A stretch of 64,000 nt of DNA. Source: Thermosediminibacterales bacterium. Lineage in GTDB: Bacteria; Bacillota; Thermosediminibacteria; Koleobacterales; JARRCM01. The notes under the pieces are model-generated. The model was given only the letters and a program-made list of their open reading frames with translations, made no database searches and had not been told where the DNA came from. This document shows positions 9,415 to 18,438 of the stretch, piece by piece. The stretch spans positions 2,117 through 66,116 of the forward strand of contig JARRCM010000010.1 of the NCBI GenBank assembly GCA_029982205.1, given 5' to 3'. The translations under genes were made by a program, and so were the position numbers. The first letter of the stretch is position 1, and each line of letters begins with the position of its first letter.

Positions 9415-12057
9415 TTACTCCTTAACTGCGCTTTGGGCAGCTGATAATCTAGCCACTGGCAGTCTAAAAGGTGAGCAACTTACATAGTCTAATCCCGCTT
9501 GATGGCAGAACTCTATAGAACTGGGTTCACCACCATGTTCACCGCAGATTCCTACTTTAAGCTTGGGTTTTTGACCTCTTCCAAGCTCTACGGCAGTTTT
9601 TATAAGGAATCCGACTCCCTTCCTGTCTAATACTGCGAAGGGGTTATCAGGTAAGATTTTATGAGATATATAGTACTGTAAAAACTTACCTTCCGCATCA
9701 TCCCGGCTAAATCCAAAAGTAGTCTGAGTAAGGTCATTTGTACCAAAAGAGAAGAAATCTGCATATTCAGCTATTTCATCAGCTGTAACACAAGCTCTGG
9801 GGATTTCAATCATTGTGCCCACTTTATAATCAAATTCGATACCGGTTTCTTTCATGACCTGGTCAGCAACTTTAACTACTAATTCTCTCATTTTTCGCAG
9901 TTCTTCTTTATGGCCCACCAATGGTATCATGACTTCCGGCAACACGTTACAACCTTCTTTTATGAGTCTTACTACTGCCTGGAAAATTGCCCTTGCTTGC
10001 ATTTCATATATTTCCGGATAAACTATCCCAAGACGGCAGCCCCTATGGCCAAGCATCGGGTTGAACTCTGTTAAACCCCTGACTTTGCGCAGCATTTCTT
10101 CTTTTTCTTTAAGTTTATCGGTATCGCCACCCTTGATTTTAAGCTTTGTTATTTCAACAACAAGTTCCTCTATATTAGGCAAAAACTCATGGAGTGGTGG
10201 ATCTAGAAGTCTTATAGTAACGGGGTATCCTTCCATAGCCTTAAGTATGCCTTCAAAATCCTGCTGTTGGAAAGGCAGCAGTTTGTCTAGGGCACGTTTC
10301 CTTTCTTCTTCAGTCTGAGCCAATATCATTTCCTGTACGATAGGAAGACGTTCCTGAGCCATAAACATATGTTCAGTGCGGCACAAGCCTATGCCCTTAG
10401 CACCAAATTCTCTGGCTTTTGCTGCATCTTCAGGAGTATCGGCATTTGCCCTGACCGTAAGGCTGCTGACCTCATCAGCAATTTCAAGCAGCTTTTTAAA
10501 TTCATTGCTCATCTCAGGGTCAATCATAGGCACTTCTCCAGAGATGACATTTCCTGTAGACCCATCTATTGATATGATATCGCCTTTTCTAAAAGTTCTG
10601 CCATCAACATAAAACTCTTCATTTGAAATATCAATCTTCAATGCTTCACATCCACAAACACAGGGTTTACCCATACCCCTAGCAACCACGGCAGCATGGC
10701 TGGTCATTCCTCCGCGGCTTGTTAAAATCCCCTGAGCAGGTACTATCCCATGAATATCATCTGGTGTAGTTTCTGTCCGAACAAGAATAACTTTTTCCCC
10801 ATTTTTGCCTAATTTTTCAGCCTCATCCGCATCAAAAACCACCTTACCACATGCAGCTCCTGGTGAGGCAGGCAGCCCTTTAGCTATTACATCTATTTGT
10901 GCTTCAGGGTCTATCCTTCTGTGCAAAAGCTGTTCAATCTGCTCTGGTATAACCCTCATAATGGCTTCTTGTTTTGTTATTAAACCGGATTCTACCATAT
11001 CTACAGCAATTTTAACCGCAGCTGCAGCAGTTCTTTTGCCAGTTCTCGTTTGAAGCAAGTATAGTTTACCGCGTTCAATGGTAAACTCTATATCTTGCAT
11101 ATCCCGATAATGTTTTTCCAGAAGTTCACATACCGATTTGAATTGATTAAACACATCCGGCATTATTGTTTCTAGCTGTTTTATAGGAAGTGGTGTTCTG
11201 ATTCCTGCCACCACATCTTCACCCTGGGCATTAACAAGAAATTCCCCATAAAGGGTGTTTTCGCCTGTAGATGGGTTACGCGTAAACGCCACACCTGTGC
11301 CAGAATCTTCACCCATATTTCCAAAAACCATTGTCTGCACATTCACAGCAGTTCCTAAATGGTCAGGTATATTATTAAGTCTCCTGTAAACTTGAGCACG
11401 TTTGTTGTTCCATGAATCAAATACAGCTTTAACAGCCAAAAACAACTGTTCCAATGGATCTTGTGGAAACTCACTGCCTATTTCCCTTGCAAAAAGTTTT
11501 TTATAATCATCTACTACCTTTTTAAGGTTCTCGGAAGAAAGCTGGGTATCATACTCTACACCATTTTTCTGTTTCAAATTATCAAGAATCATCTCAAATT
11601 TAAAATGTTCAATTCCCATTACTACATTACCAAACATCTGTATAAACCGGCGATAGCAATCCCAGGCAAACCTTTCATTGTTAGTGGCTTCAATCATGCC
11701 CTGAACGGTATTATCATTCAGCCCCAGATTCAATATGGTATCCATCATTCCCGGCATTGATACAACAGCACCTGAACGAACAGAAACCAGGAGAGGGTTC
11801 TTTCTGTCTCCAAACTTTTTATTTGTCTGATCTTCTATATGTTTTAAGTTTTCAATAATCTCATTTTTAAGGTCATCCCACAATACTCTACCACGTTCAA
11901 AATATGTATTGCATGCCTCAGTAGTAACTGTAAATCCTGGAGGTACGGGCAGCCCAATTTTTGTCATTTCTGCAAGATTAGCACCTTTGCCTCCCAGCAA
12001 ATCCTTCATGGCAGCTGATCCTTCTTTGAAAAGTTTTACATATTTTTTTTGTGTCAT
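9415..12057 (-). CDS. ppdK: pyruvate, phosphate dikinase
   Basis: 880 aa. ATP-grasp N-terminus, phosphohistidine motif [13 protein letters not shown] and C-terminal PEP-utilizer barrel (GICGEHGG). The start ATG overlaps the stop of the upstream regulator gene (ATGA). Confidence 0.96.
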   Translation of the reverse strand: MTQKKYVKLFKEGSAAMKDLLGGKGANLAEMTKIGLPVPPGFTVTTEACNTYFERGRVLWDDLKNEIIENLKHIEDQTNKKFGDRKNPLLVSVRSGAVVSMPGMMDTILNLGLNDNTVQGMIEATNNERFAWDCYRRFIQMFGNVVMGIEHFKFEMILDNLKQKNGVEYDTQLSSENLKKVVDDYKKLFAREIGSEFPQDPLEQLFLAVKAVFDSWNNKRAQVYRRLNNIPDHLGTAVNVQTMVFGNMGEDSGTGVAFTRNPSTGENTLYGEFLVNAQGEDVVAGIRTPLPIKQLETIMPDVFNQFKSVCELLEKHYRDMQDIEFTIERGKLYLLQTRTGKRTAAAAVKIAVDMVESGLITKQEAIMRVIPEQIEQLLHRRIDPEAQIDVIAKGLPASPGAACGKVVFDADEAEKLGKNGEKVILVRTETTPDDIHGIVPAQGILTSRGGMTSHAAVVARGMGKPCVCGCEALKIDISNEEFYVDGRTFRKGDIISIDGSTGNVISGEVPMIDPEMSNEFKKLLEIADEVSSLTVRANADTPEDAAKAREFGAKGIGLCRTEHMFMAQERLPIVQEMILAQTEEERKRALDKLLPFQQQDFEGILKAMEGYPVTIRLLDPPLHEFLPNIEELVVEITKLKIKGGDTDKLKEKEEMLRKVRGLTEFNPMLGHRGCRLGIVYPEIYEMQARAIFQAVVRLIKEGCNVLPEVMIPLVGHKEELRKMRELVVKVADQVMKETGIEFDYKVGTMIEIPRACVTADEIAEYADFFSFGTNDLTQTTFGFSRDDAEGKFLQYYISHKILPDNPFAVLDRKGVGFLIKTAVELGRGQKPKLKVGICGEHGGEPSSIEFCHQAGLDYVSCSPFRLPVARLSAAQSAVKE

Positions 12058-12887
12058 CTTATAGCTTCCCCCTTCTTAATAATATCAATTACTATACTTG
12101 CTGTTTCTTCAACCGCTTTGTTAGATACATCTATAACACTACAACCTATTTTTTTCATGATTTTATCAGCATAGTTCAGTTCTTCTACAATTCTTTCTAT
12201 TGAAGCATAATTTGCCTGGTCATTTAAACCAAGAGACCTCAATCGTTCACGGCGTATTTCGTTTAATTTTTCAGGGCTTATGTTTAGGCCTATAATTTTT
12301 CTTGGTGATATTTGAAACAGCTCATCCGGCGGGTTCACTTCAGGCACTAAAGGAATATTGGCCACTTTCCAACGTTTATGTGCCAAATACATACTTAAAG
12401 GTGTTTTAGATGTCCTTGAAACCCCAATCAAGACTATATCAGCCCGAAAAAGCCCCCTCGGGTCTTTCCCGTCATCGTATTTTACAGCAAACTCAATTGC
12501 TTCCACTTTTTTAAAGTATTCTTCATCAAGTTTATGCACCAACCCTGGCTGAAGTTTGGGAGCAGTTTTAAAGATTTCTTCTAGACCTTTCATCATTGGG
12601 CCCATAATATCTACCATAGGAATCCCATATTCGTTTGACCTGCGTGAAAGATAATCTCTTATTTCTGGTAATACTATAGTTGCCACTATAATACATGGAG
12701 GATTGCTTTTGGCTTCTTGTAATAATTCGTCCACATATTCTCTATCTGATACATATGGAATCCTTTTTATCTCTATTCCACCTGAATCAAACTGGCTTGC
12801 TGCCGCTCTTGTAACTAATTCAGCGGTCTCTCCTATAGAATCTGAAACTATATATGCAGTAGGTTTAGATAAATTTTTCTCTCCTAT
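12054..12887 (-). CDS. PPDK regulatory protein (bifunctional kinase/pyrophosphorylase, YqfL/DUF299 family)
   Basis: Motifs GVSRTSKTPLS and KVANIPLVPE. I extend the ORF-track model (start 12734) by 51 codons because the frame stays open and encodes the conserved YIVSDSIGETAELV. The only plausible start is ATA at 12887, 7 nt after GGAGGG. Confidence 0.8.
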   Translation of the reverse strand: MGEKNLSKPTAYIVSDSIGETAELVTRAAASQFDSGGIEIKRIPYVSDREYVDELLQEAKSNPPCIIVATIVLPEIRDYLSRRSNEYGIPMVDIMGPMMKGLEEIFKTAPKLQPGLVHKLDEEYFKKVEAIEFAVKYDDGKDPRGLFRADIVLIGVSRTSKTPLSMYLAHKRWKVANIPLVPEVNPPDELFQISPRKIIGLNISPEKLNEIRRERLRSLGLNDQANYASIERIVEELNYADKIMKKIGCSVIDVSNKAVEETASIVIDIIKKGEAIR

Positions 12888-12903
12888 TTTAAGTCCCTCC
12901 TTC

Positions 12904-13545
12904 TCAGGTAGTTTTACCTAACTCAACAAAGAGTTTTGTTATACTTGTTTTAGTTATTTTACCAATAACCTTATAAAACAAATCTCCCTCTTTATCTTCT
13001 TTTACTTGTACGACTACAGGCAAAGCATCAACTTCGTGTTCTACAATCTTTACAGCAGCTTCATATACTGTGTCTTCAGGGCTTACTGTAATTATATTAG
13101 GCATTCTTGTCATTATAATACCTACAGGAACTTTGTGTATATCCATGTTCCCAATAGCAATTTTTAACAGGTCTTTTCGTGATACAACTCCGGACAGGCC
13201 GCCTTTTTCATTAGTCACAAAAAGGGTTCCAACGTCTTCTAAAAACAAAGTTACAACAGCATCATATACTGAAGTATTTTCCTGAATTATAACAGGTAAA
13301 CCCTTTATATCTTTAACTTTTGTCTTTCTAAGGTGTTCAGCAACGAAATTTAATATCGATTTCCCTGCGTAAAAATAACCTACCCGGGGTCGCGCATCAA
13401 GTATACCGGCCATAGTTAAAATAGCCAAATCAGGCCTTAATGTAGCCCTGGTTAAATTAAGCTTTTCAGCAATCTGTTCACTTGTAATAGGTTCATTCTT
13501 TTTTACTATTCTTATAATTTCTTCCTGTCTATGAGTAAATTCTAT
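12904..13545 (-). CDS. ccpN: CcpN-like transcriptional repressor (wHTH + two CBS domains)
   Basis: Close to my recollection of B. subtilis CcpN (LTRATLRPDLAILTM.G..ARPRVGYFY.GK). The frame is open 39 codons upstream of the ORF-track TTG and encodes the HTH. The first codon after the SD GAGGTG is ATA at 13545. Confidence 0.75.
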   Translation of the reverse strand: MEFTHRQEEIIRIVKKNEPITSEQIAEKLNLTRATLRPDLAILTMAGILDARPRVGYFYAGKSILNFVAEHLRKTKVKDIKGLPVIIQENTSVYDAVVTLFLEDVGTLFVTNEKGGLSGVVSRKDLLKIAIGNMDIHKVPVGIIMTRMPNIITVSPEDTVYEAAVKIVEHEVDALPVVVQVKEDKEGDLFYKVIGKITKTSITKLFVELGKTT

Positions 13546-13649
13546 AGCATTTCACCTCAACTTCCTTAAATGTGTTATACTATTTTAATATTTTTATATA
13601 TAGTATACTATATAAACCCCTAAAGTTCCTTTTTTTTTGATTAGATTTT

Positions 13650-13701
13650 TAGAAAAAATTTAAACAGCCTATGTACCCATTATACTGGTTTTAGGCTGTT
13701 T
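13650..13701 (-). terminator. possible terminator after the DUF4342 gene
   Basis: AAACAGCCT (13662-13670) pairs with AGGCTGTTT (13693-13701). On the minus strand it is followed by AATTTTTTCT. The 22-nt loop makes this weak. Confidence 0.4.
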
Positions 13702-13737
13702 ATATTACTTCTTAAATGTTTTTATTAAAAATACAAC

Positions 13738-14163
13738 TTATTCCCCTTGTATATCTTCTTTTTTTTCTGAATTCTGGTCTCCAATAGTATCATTATTACC
13801 CTTTCTTTCAATCTCAAGATTGCACCGGGTAAGCAAAGCTGCTAAAATTCCAATACCGGCCAATTGAGGAACCAATAATGCTCCAACCGCACCTGCAGTA
13901 ACCGGAATTTCTGCCAACACTTTGTCTCCTTTTTTTATTTTGATATTTGTTACATTTCCTTTATGAATTATTTCTTTTATCTTAGATACCAATTCATTGC
14001 CTTTTACGCTGATTTCCTCAGTCCAGCGTTTCTCGCTTTCCTCAAGAAGAATCAGAGCATCCACCACGTTACCATTAGTTTTTTCCAGGGCCTCTTTTGC
14101 TCTGCGATAGCTCACTCCTGTTCTTTCACGAACAGCATCAATACTTTCTAAGGTTATATCCAC
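13738..14163 (-). CDS. DUF4342-like protein with N-terminal UBA/EF-Ts-N-like domain
   Basis: 141 aa. The N-terminus SIDAVRERTGVSYRRAKEALEKTNGNVVDALILLEE resembles a UBA/TS-N fold. A glycine-rich hydrophobic stretch lies near the C-terminus. Confidence 0.6.
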   Translation of the reverse strand: MDITLESIDAVRERTGVSYRRAKEALEKTNGNVVDALILLEESEKRWTEEISVKGNELVSKIKEIIHKGNVTNIKIKKGDKVLAEIPVTAGAVGALLVPQLAGIGILAALLTRCNLEIERKGNNDTIGDQNSEKKEDIQGE

Positions 14164-14176
14164 ATTTTCCCTCCTT

Positions 14177-14959
14177 TCAATTATTCAAGGTTATTTTGTT
14201 TAAAAGGCTAAGAGACTTTAATTTTTTATTCAAATGATAATCTATAAAAATCCTGAGCGTTTGTTTCATTTCTTTTTTAATGTCTTTAGGTAATTTGATT
14301 GCTCTGAGATTTGTAAGGCTTATTCTGAGAAAACTCTTTAATACTTCAATAGTTGCTTTTTTTATCTTAATACATCCCGGTGTTATAGATACATCACCGT
14401 AAGGAGCAGGTATTTTCGAAACACATTTCGAGCATAAAGCTCCACCGGCTTCAGGACTAAAATAAATCATAAATTCAGTCAGCTTTCCACCGCAAATGCT
14501 GCAGTTTTCCAAATTAGGCATATAACCCATCATAGCAACAAACTGCAATTCAAACACTCGAGTGGTAAGTTCTATATCCAGATTATTCAAAATAGAGTAA
14601 AACGTTTTTAAAACAAGTGAAAATACAGCTTTATCCTCTTCGCCTTCAGGCAAAAACTCGTTTACAAGCTCTGCAATATATGTCGAATACAACATCTTTT
14701 CAAGATCCTCGCGAATTTTTAAAAACGACTCTTTTATCTGGCACTGACTTATAGAGTCTAAGTTTTTTCCTTCGAATATCAAAAAATCACTGTAACAAAA
14801 AGGCTGAGTGGCCGCCGCCAAACGGTTTCGCGGCCTTCGAGCGCCTCGAGCTACCGCCCGGATTTTGCCTCGATCCGAGGAGAACAATGTTATTATTTTA
14901 TCAGCCTCTCCAAGGTTGTTGCTTTTTAATACTATAGCCTCAGTTTTATACAATGACAT
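14177..14959 (-). CDS. recO: DNA repair protein RecO
   Basis: 260 aa. OB-fold N-terminus (EAIVLKSNNLGEADKIITLFS) and zinc motif CSICG..CSKC. It lies downstream of era. Confidence 0.9.
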   Translation of the reverse strand: MSLYKTEAIVLKSNNLGEADKIITLFSSDRGKIRAVARGARRPRNRLAAATQPFCYSDFLIFEGKNLDSISQCQIKESFLKIREDLEKMLYSTYIAELVNEFLPEGEEDKAVFSLVLKTFYSILNNLDIELTTRVFELQFVAMMGYMPNLENCSICGGKLTEFMIYFSPEAGGALCSKCVSKIPAPYGDVSITPGCIKIKKATIEVLKSFLRISLTNLRAIKLPKDIKKEMKQTLRIFIDYHLNKKLKSLSLLNKITLNN

Positions 14960-15048
14960 ATTTTACCTCTCCTCATCAAACATAACTACTCAAAAAAGAA
15001 TCAAACACACCTGAATGTTATATTTAACATGCCACATCAACAAAAAAA

Positions 15049-15948
15049 CTATACTCTATAACCCAAATTCCTTATCATTCCTTCTTTTTCCCGCCAATTT
15101 TTGCTGACTTTTACCCATAGATCCAGAAACACCTTAGTACCCAAAAGATTCTCTATGTCCTGCCGAGCCTGAGTTCCAATCTCTTTAAGCTTTCTCCCGC
15201 CTTTTCCGATGATTATACCTTTATGTGACTCCTTTTCACAATAAATGTTTGCACTAATATGAATAATGTCTTTATTTTCTTGTGTATCAAAACTTACTAC
15301 CTCTACTGCGGTTCCGTGAGGAACCTCCTGCTCGATTAGATTAAGAATTTTCTCTCTTATCAGTTCAGCTACTATAAGCTGTTCAGGCTGGTTTGTAACC
15401 ATGTTCTCAGGATAGTATTTGGGTCCTAAAGGAAGTAACTCAACTAAGGTTTTAGTAACCTTATCACAATTTATACCGAAAAGCGCCGAAATGGGAATAA
15501 TTCTATAGAATTTCATCAAATTAGAAAAAACCGAAACTGATTCTTCGATTTCATCCTGGTTCTTAAGGTCTTTTTTATTCAAGAGAGCTATGACAGGTGT
15601 TTTTATTTTTTTTAAGGTTTCAACAATATATAGGTCACCTGGCCCCACCTGTTTTTGAATTTCACTCATAAAAACCACAACATCTACTTCTCGCAGTGCT
15701 TTAATAGCGGTTTCAACCATATACTCCCCCAGTTTGTTTCTGGGTTTATGTATGCCCGGAGTATCTATAAAAATGATCTGGTAGTTTTCAGTTGTTAAAA
15801 TTCCATGGATGGCGTTTCTTGTCGTTTGAGGTTTTTTGGATGTTATAACTACCTTTTCCCCAACCAGATGGTTAAGAAGTGTAGATTTGCCAACATTCGG
15901 CCTCCCAACAATAGAAACAAATCCGGATTTGAAAGTATCTTCTGCCAT
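15049..15948 (-). CDS. era: GTPase Era
   Basis: Motifs GRPNVGKSTLLN, DTPG and NKKD, plus a C-terminal KH domain (GIIIGKGGRKLKEIG). Confidence 0.96.
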   Translation of the reverse strand: MAEDTFKSGFVSIVGRPNVGKSTLLNHLVGEKVVITSKKPQTTRNAIHGILTTENYQIIFIDTPGIHKPRNKLGEYMVETAIKALREVDVVVFMSEIQKQVGPGDLYIVETLKKIKTPVIALLNKKDLKNQDEIEESVSVFSNLMKFYRIIPISALFGINCDKVTKTLVELLPLGPKYYPENMVTNQPEQLIVAELIREKILNLIEQEVPHGTAVEVVSFDTQENKDIIHISANIYCEKESHKGIIIGKGGRKLKEIGTQARQDIENLLGTKVFLDLWVKVSKNWREKEGMIRNLGYRV

Positions 15949-15985
15949 GACTATTTAGCCTCCCTTTCAAAAAATATATAACAGG

Positions 15986-16393
15986 CTAAGTTTTTAAAGA
16001 TTCTTTTTCAAAAGGATATGGTAACAGGTCTGCTAACTCCTTTTTTATATAATTTCCCTTTTCATCTCCAATAATAACCTTTATTTTAGGAGCAAACTCT
16101 AATAGCACCTGGCGACAGGCTCCACAAGGAAAACTAAATCCCGGCCCGTTTCCTGCTATCGCAATTGCCACAAATTCACTTTCACCCTCAGAAACAGCTT
16201 TAAACACAGCAGTCCTTTCTGCACAGTTGCTGAGTCCATAAGCAACGTTTTCAATATTGCATCCAGTATAAACTTTGCCTGATTTAGTCAGCAGAGCAGC
16301 CCCAACAGGATATTTTGAATACGGCGCATAAGCATTCTTTTTGGCTTCTATTGCTTTGTTTAAAAGTTCTTTGTCTATCATCTGTTTTGTCAC
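15986..16393 (-). CDS. cdd: cytidine deaminase
   Basis: 135 aa. Zinc-binding motifs CAERTA and PCGACRQ. Confidence 0.93.
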   Translation of the reverse strand: MTKQMIDKELLNKAIEAKKNAYAPYSKYPVGAALLTKSGKVYTGCNIENVAYGLSNCAERTAVFKAVSEGESEFVAIAIAGNGPGFSFPCGACRQVLLEFAPKIKVIIGDEKGNYIKKELADLLPYPFEKESLKT

Positions 16394-16402
16394 TCTCCTA
16401 AA

Positions 16403-17515
16403 TCATTTTATTTCGACCCTGGTTTTTAGTGTAACTATCTGTATCCAGGTTTGCCCTGGATTAAGCTTGATTTCTTTTCCTTCCTCGTCATAAAAAACAG
16501 TTTTGCTCGGCCTTGATTTCTTTTCCCAGGTTATTTTTTCCGAATAGCCGTTAGTTATATATAATCCATCACCTTTACCTACTAGTCTTATGTCTAATCT
16601 TCCTTCACTGTCAATAACATTTGTTTTAGCATACTGTATTATGATGTTTTTGGCCTGTAACTGTTCTCCGGTTTCAGCATCTGTATGTGGTTTTCCGTCC
16701 ATATAACGTTTATATGTACCGGCTTCCTCGTCAAATATGTATTTAACAGTGTAGTTGAATGGAGAATAAACTATTTCAACTTCATCGGCTTTAGCTCCTC
16801 CAGGTTTATAAGGTTCATCAGAAAAGTCAAACTTTCTCATAGGCTTTTGTTTGGCAAAGCCCTTCCTTTCAGCCCCTGCTCGGATTTTGGTCGTAGTGGT
16901 ATATACATTATGTGGAATCTTTCTTGCATCATCTCGCCAATAAGTCAAACCATCGTATATTCCGTTTAATCCTTCAACACCCAATTTGGGTATATCTTCC
17001 CATGCTTTAGGACTCCCCCCGAAATAAGCATATATTGCATTATACTCAAGTACGATATCTAGATAATAGTGTCGGGAGCTTCTAACAGGACCGATTCGAT
17101 CCACATCGTTATGTAAGTATATAGGCATAAAACGGCTTATGCCTCCTTCAACCAAAGCCTCATAAACAATATCTGCCTTGTTAAGACCTGATTGCGGTCT
17201 GGCTTTAGGGTGGTTTTCCACCATTACAGCCAGTGGCCTGCGCTCAACAGAATCCTTTTCTACAATTTGACCATCAAGGGGACACCTGACAGGGTTTTTA
17301 ATGAGCGGTTCAACTGGTTCAGGCACTGGATTCGGGCTGGTTTCAGGATTCTCATCTGGATTTTCCCGGGAAATAATCTTTTCTTCACTTGTCTCAGATT
17401 TAGCAGCGGTATTTTCTCCTTGTCTGATATTGCTGCACCCGGACAAAACAAGACTTGATATTAATAAAAAAACAATCAATATACCTAAACCTTTTAAAGA
17501 CAATGTTTTATTCAT
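16403..17515 (-). CDS. DUF3048-family lipoprotein (YerB-like)
   Basis: 370 aa. Signal peptide with lipobox LSGC. The body resembles the DUF3048 family (RPLAVMVEN, GIS.F..IY). Confidence 0.7.
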   Translation of the reverse strand: MNKTLSLKGLGILIVFLLISSLVLSGCSNIRQGENTAAKSETSEEKIISRENPDENPETSPNPVPEPVEPLIKNPVRCPLDGQIVEKDSVERRPLAVMVENHPKARPQSGLNKADIVYEALVEGGISRFMPIYLHNDVDRIGPVRSSRHYYLDIVLEYNAIYAYFGGSPKAWEDIPKLGVEGLNGIYDGLTYWRDDARKIPHNVYTTTTKIRAGAERKGFAKQKPMRKFDFSDEPYKPGGAKADEVEIVYSPFNYTVKYIFDEEAGTYKRYMDGKPHTDAETGEQLQAKNIIIQYAKTNVIDSEGRLDIRLVGKGDGLYITNGYSEKITWEKKSRPSKTVFYDEEGKEIKLNPGQTWIQIVTLKTRVEIK

Positions 17516-17551
17516 AAATGATATTCCCCCATTATATTTAATTTACATAAA

Positions 17552-17947
17552 TCACCTCATAAAACCAAAGTGATGTAAAGTTTCTTTTAGTAATGCAATC
17601 ACCCTGTTTAAAAAAACAAAATAAGCTACTACAAGTGAATTAAGAGCAGCTATTAAAACTGCTCCTGCAGCAACATTTTTTGCTGTTTTGGCTAAGGGAT
17701 GGTAATCTTTTGTATAAAGGTCAATAGTTTTCTCCACTGCAGTGTTTATCATTTCAGCAACAACAACCAATGATATTGCAAAAACAAGAATCATCATCTC
17801 CGTTTTGGAAATGTCAAGTAATAAACTTAGAAGGATCACCAAAACAGCTATGAAAAAATGTATTCTCATGTTCTTTTGAGTCTTCATAACATACATTATT
17901 CCTGAAGCAGCATAATAGAAACTTTCTATCAGTTTCCTTACCTTCAT
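17552..17947 (-). CDS. dgkA: diacylglycerol/undecaprenol kinase
   Basis: 131 aa. Three TM segments and the EMINTAVE motif. It lies between ybeY and cdd as in B. subtilis. Confidence 0.88.
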   Translation of the reverse strand: MKVRKLIESFYYAASGIMYVMKTQKNMRIHFFIAVLVILLSLLLDISKTEMMILVFAISLVVVAEMINTAVEKTIDLYTKDYHPLAKTAKNVAAGAVLIAALNSLVVAYFVFLNRVIALLKETLHHFGFMR

Positions 17948-17973
17948 AAAAACACCAACTCATTTAGAAATTA

Positions 17974-18438
17974 TTATCGAAACAATTTTAGTTTCTCCAT
18001 TATATATTCTTCCTTTGCCCTCATGTTGTTCTTGCTCTCCTCACAGTCATGGTCATATCCTAAAAGGTGGAGCATTCCATGTACCGTCAAATATCCAATC
18101 TCTCTTTCGAAAGAATGTGCAAAATCTTTGCTCTGACTGCGTGCCTTTTCGACTGAAATCACTATATCTCCTAAAAGCAGCTCTTCCTCCTTCAAAAGGT
18201 CTTCTCTGCTAAAAGTATCATACATAGGAAATGACAAGACATCAGTCGGGCTGTCGATTCCCCGGTATTTTAAGTTAAGCTGTTTTATATATTCATTATC
18301 AGTCAAACACAGACTTACCTCAGCATGTTGAGGAATATTCTCAACTTCAAGGGTTTGCTCAACAACTTTTTCTAACAGCCTTATAGTTGATTCATTTATT
18401 TCTTCCTTTGTTTGAAGATTTCTTACCATTACTGTCAT
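17974..18438 (-). CDS. ybeY: rRNA maturation endoribonuclease YbeY
   Basis: 154 aa with zinc motif HGMLHLLGYDH. The called start overlaps the upstream gene by 47 nt. An alternative ATG lies at 18429. Confidence 0.92.
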   Translation of the reverse strand: MTVMVRNLQTKEEINESTIRLLEKVVEQTLEVENIPQHAEVSLCLTDNEYIKQLNLKYRGIDSPTDVLSFPMYDTFSREDLLKEEELLLGDIVISVEKARSQSKDFAHSFEREIGYLTVHGMLHLLGYDHDCEESKNNMRAKEEYIMEKLKLFR

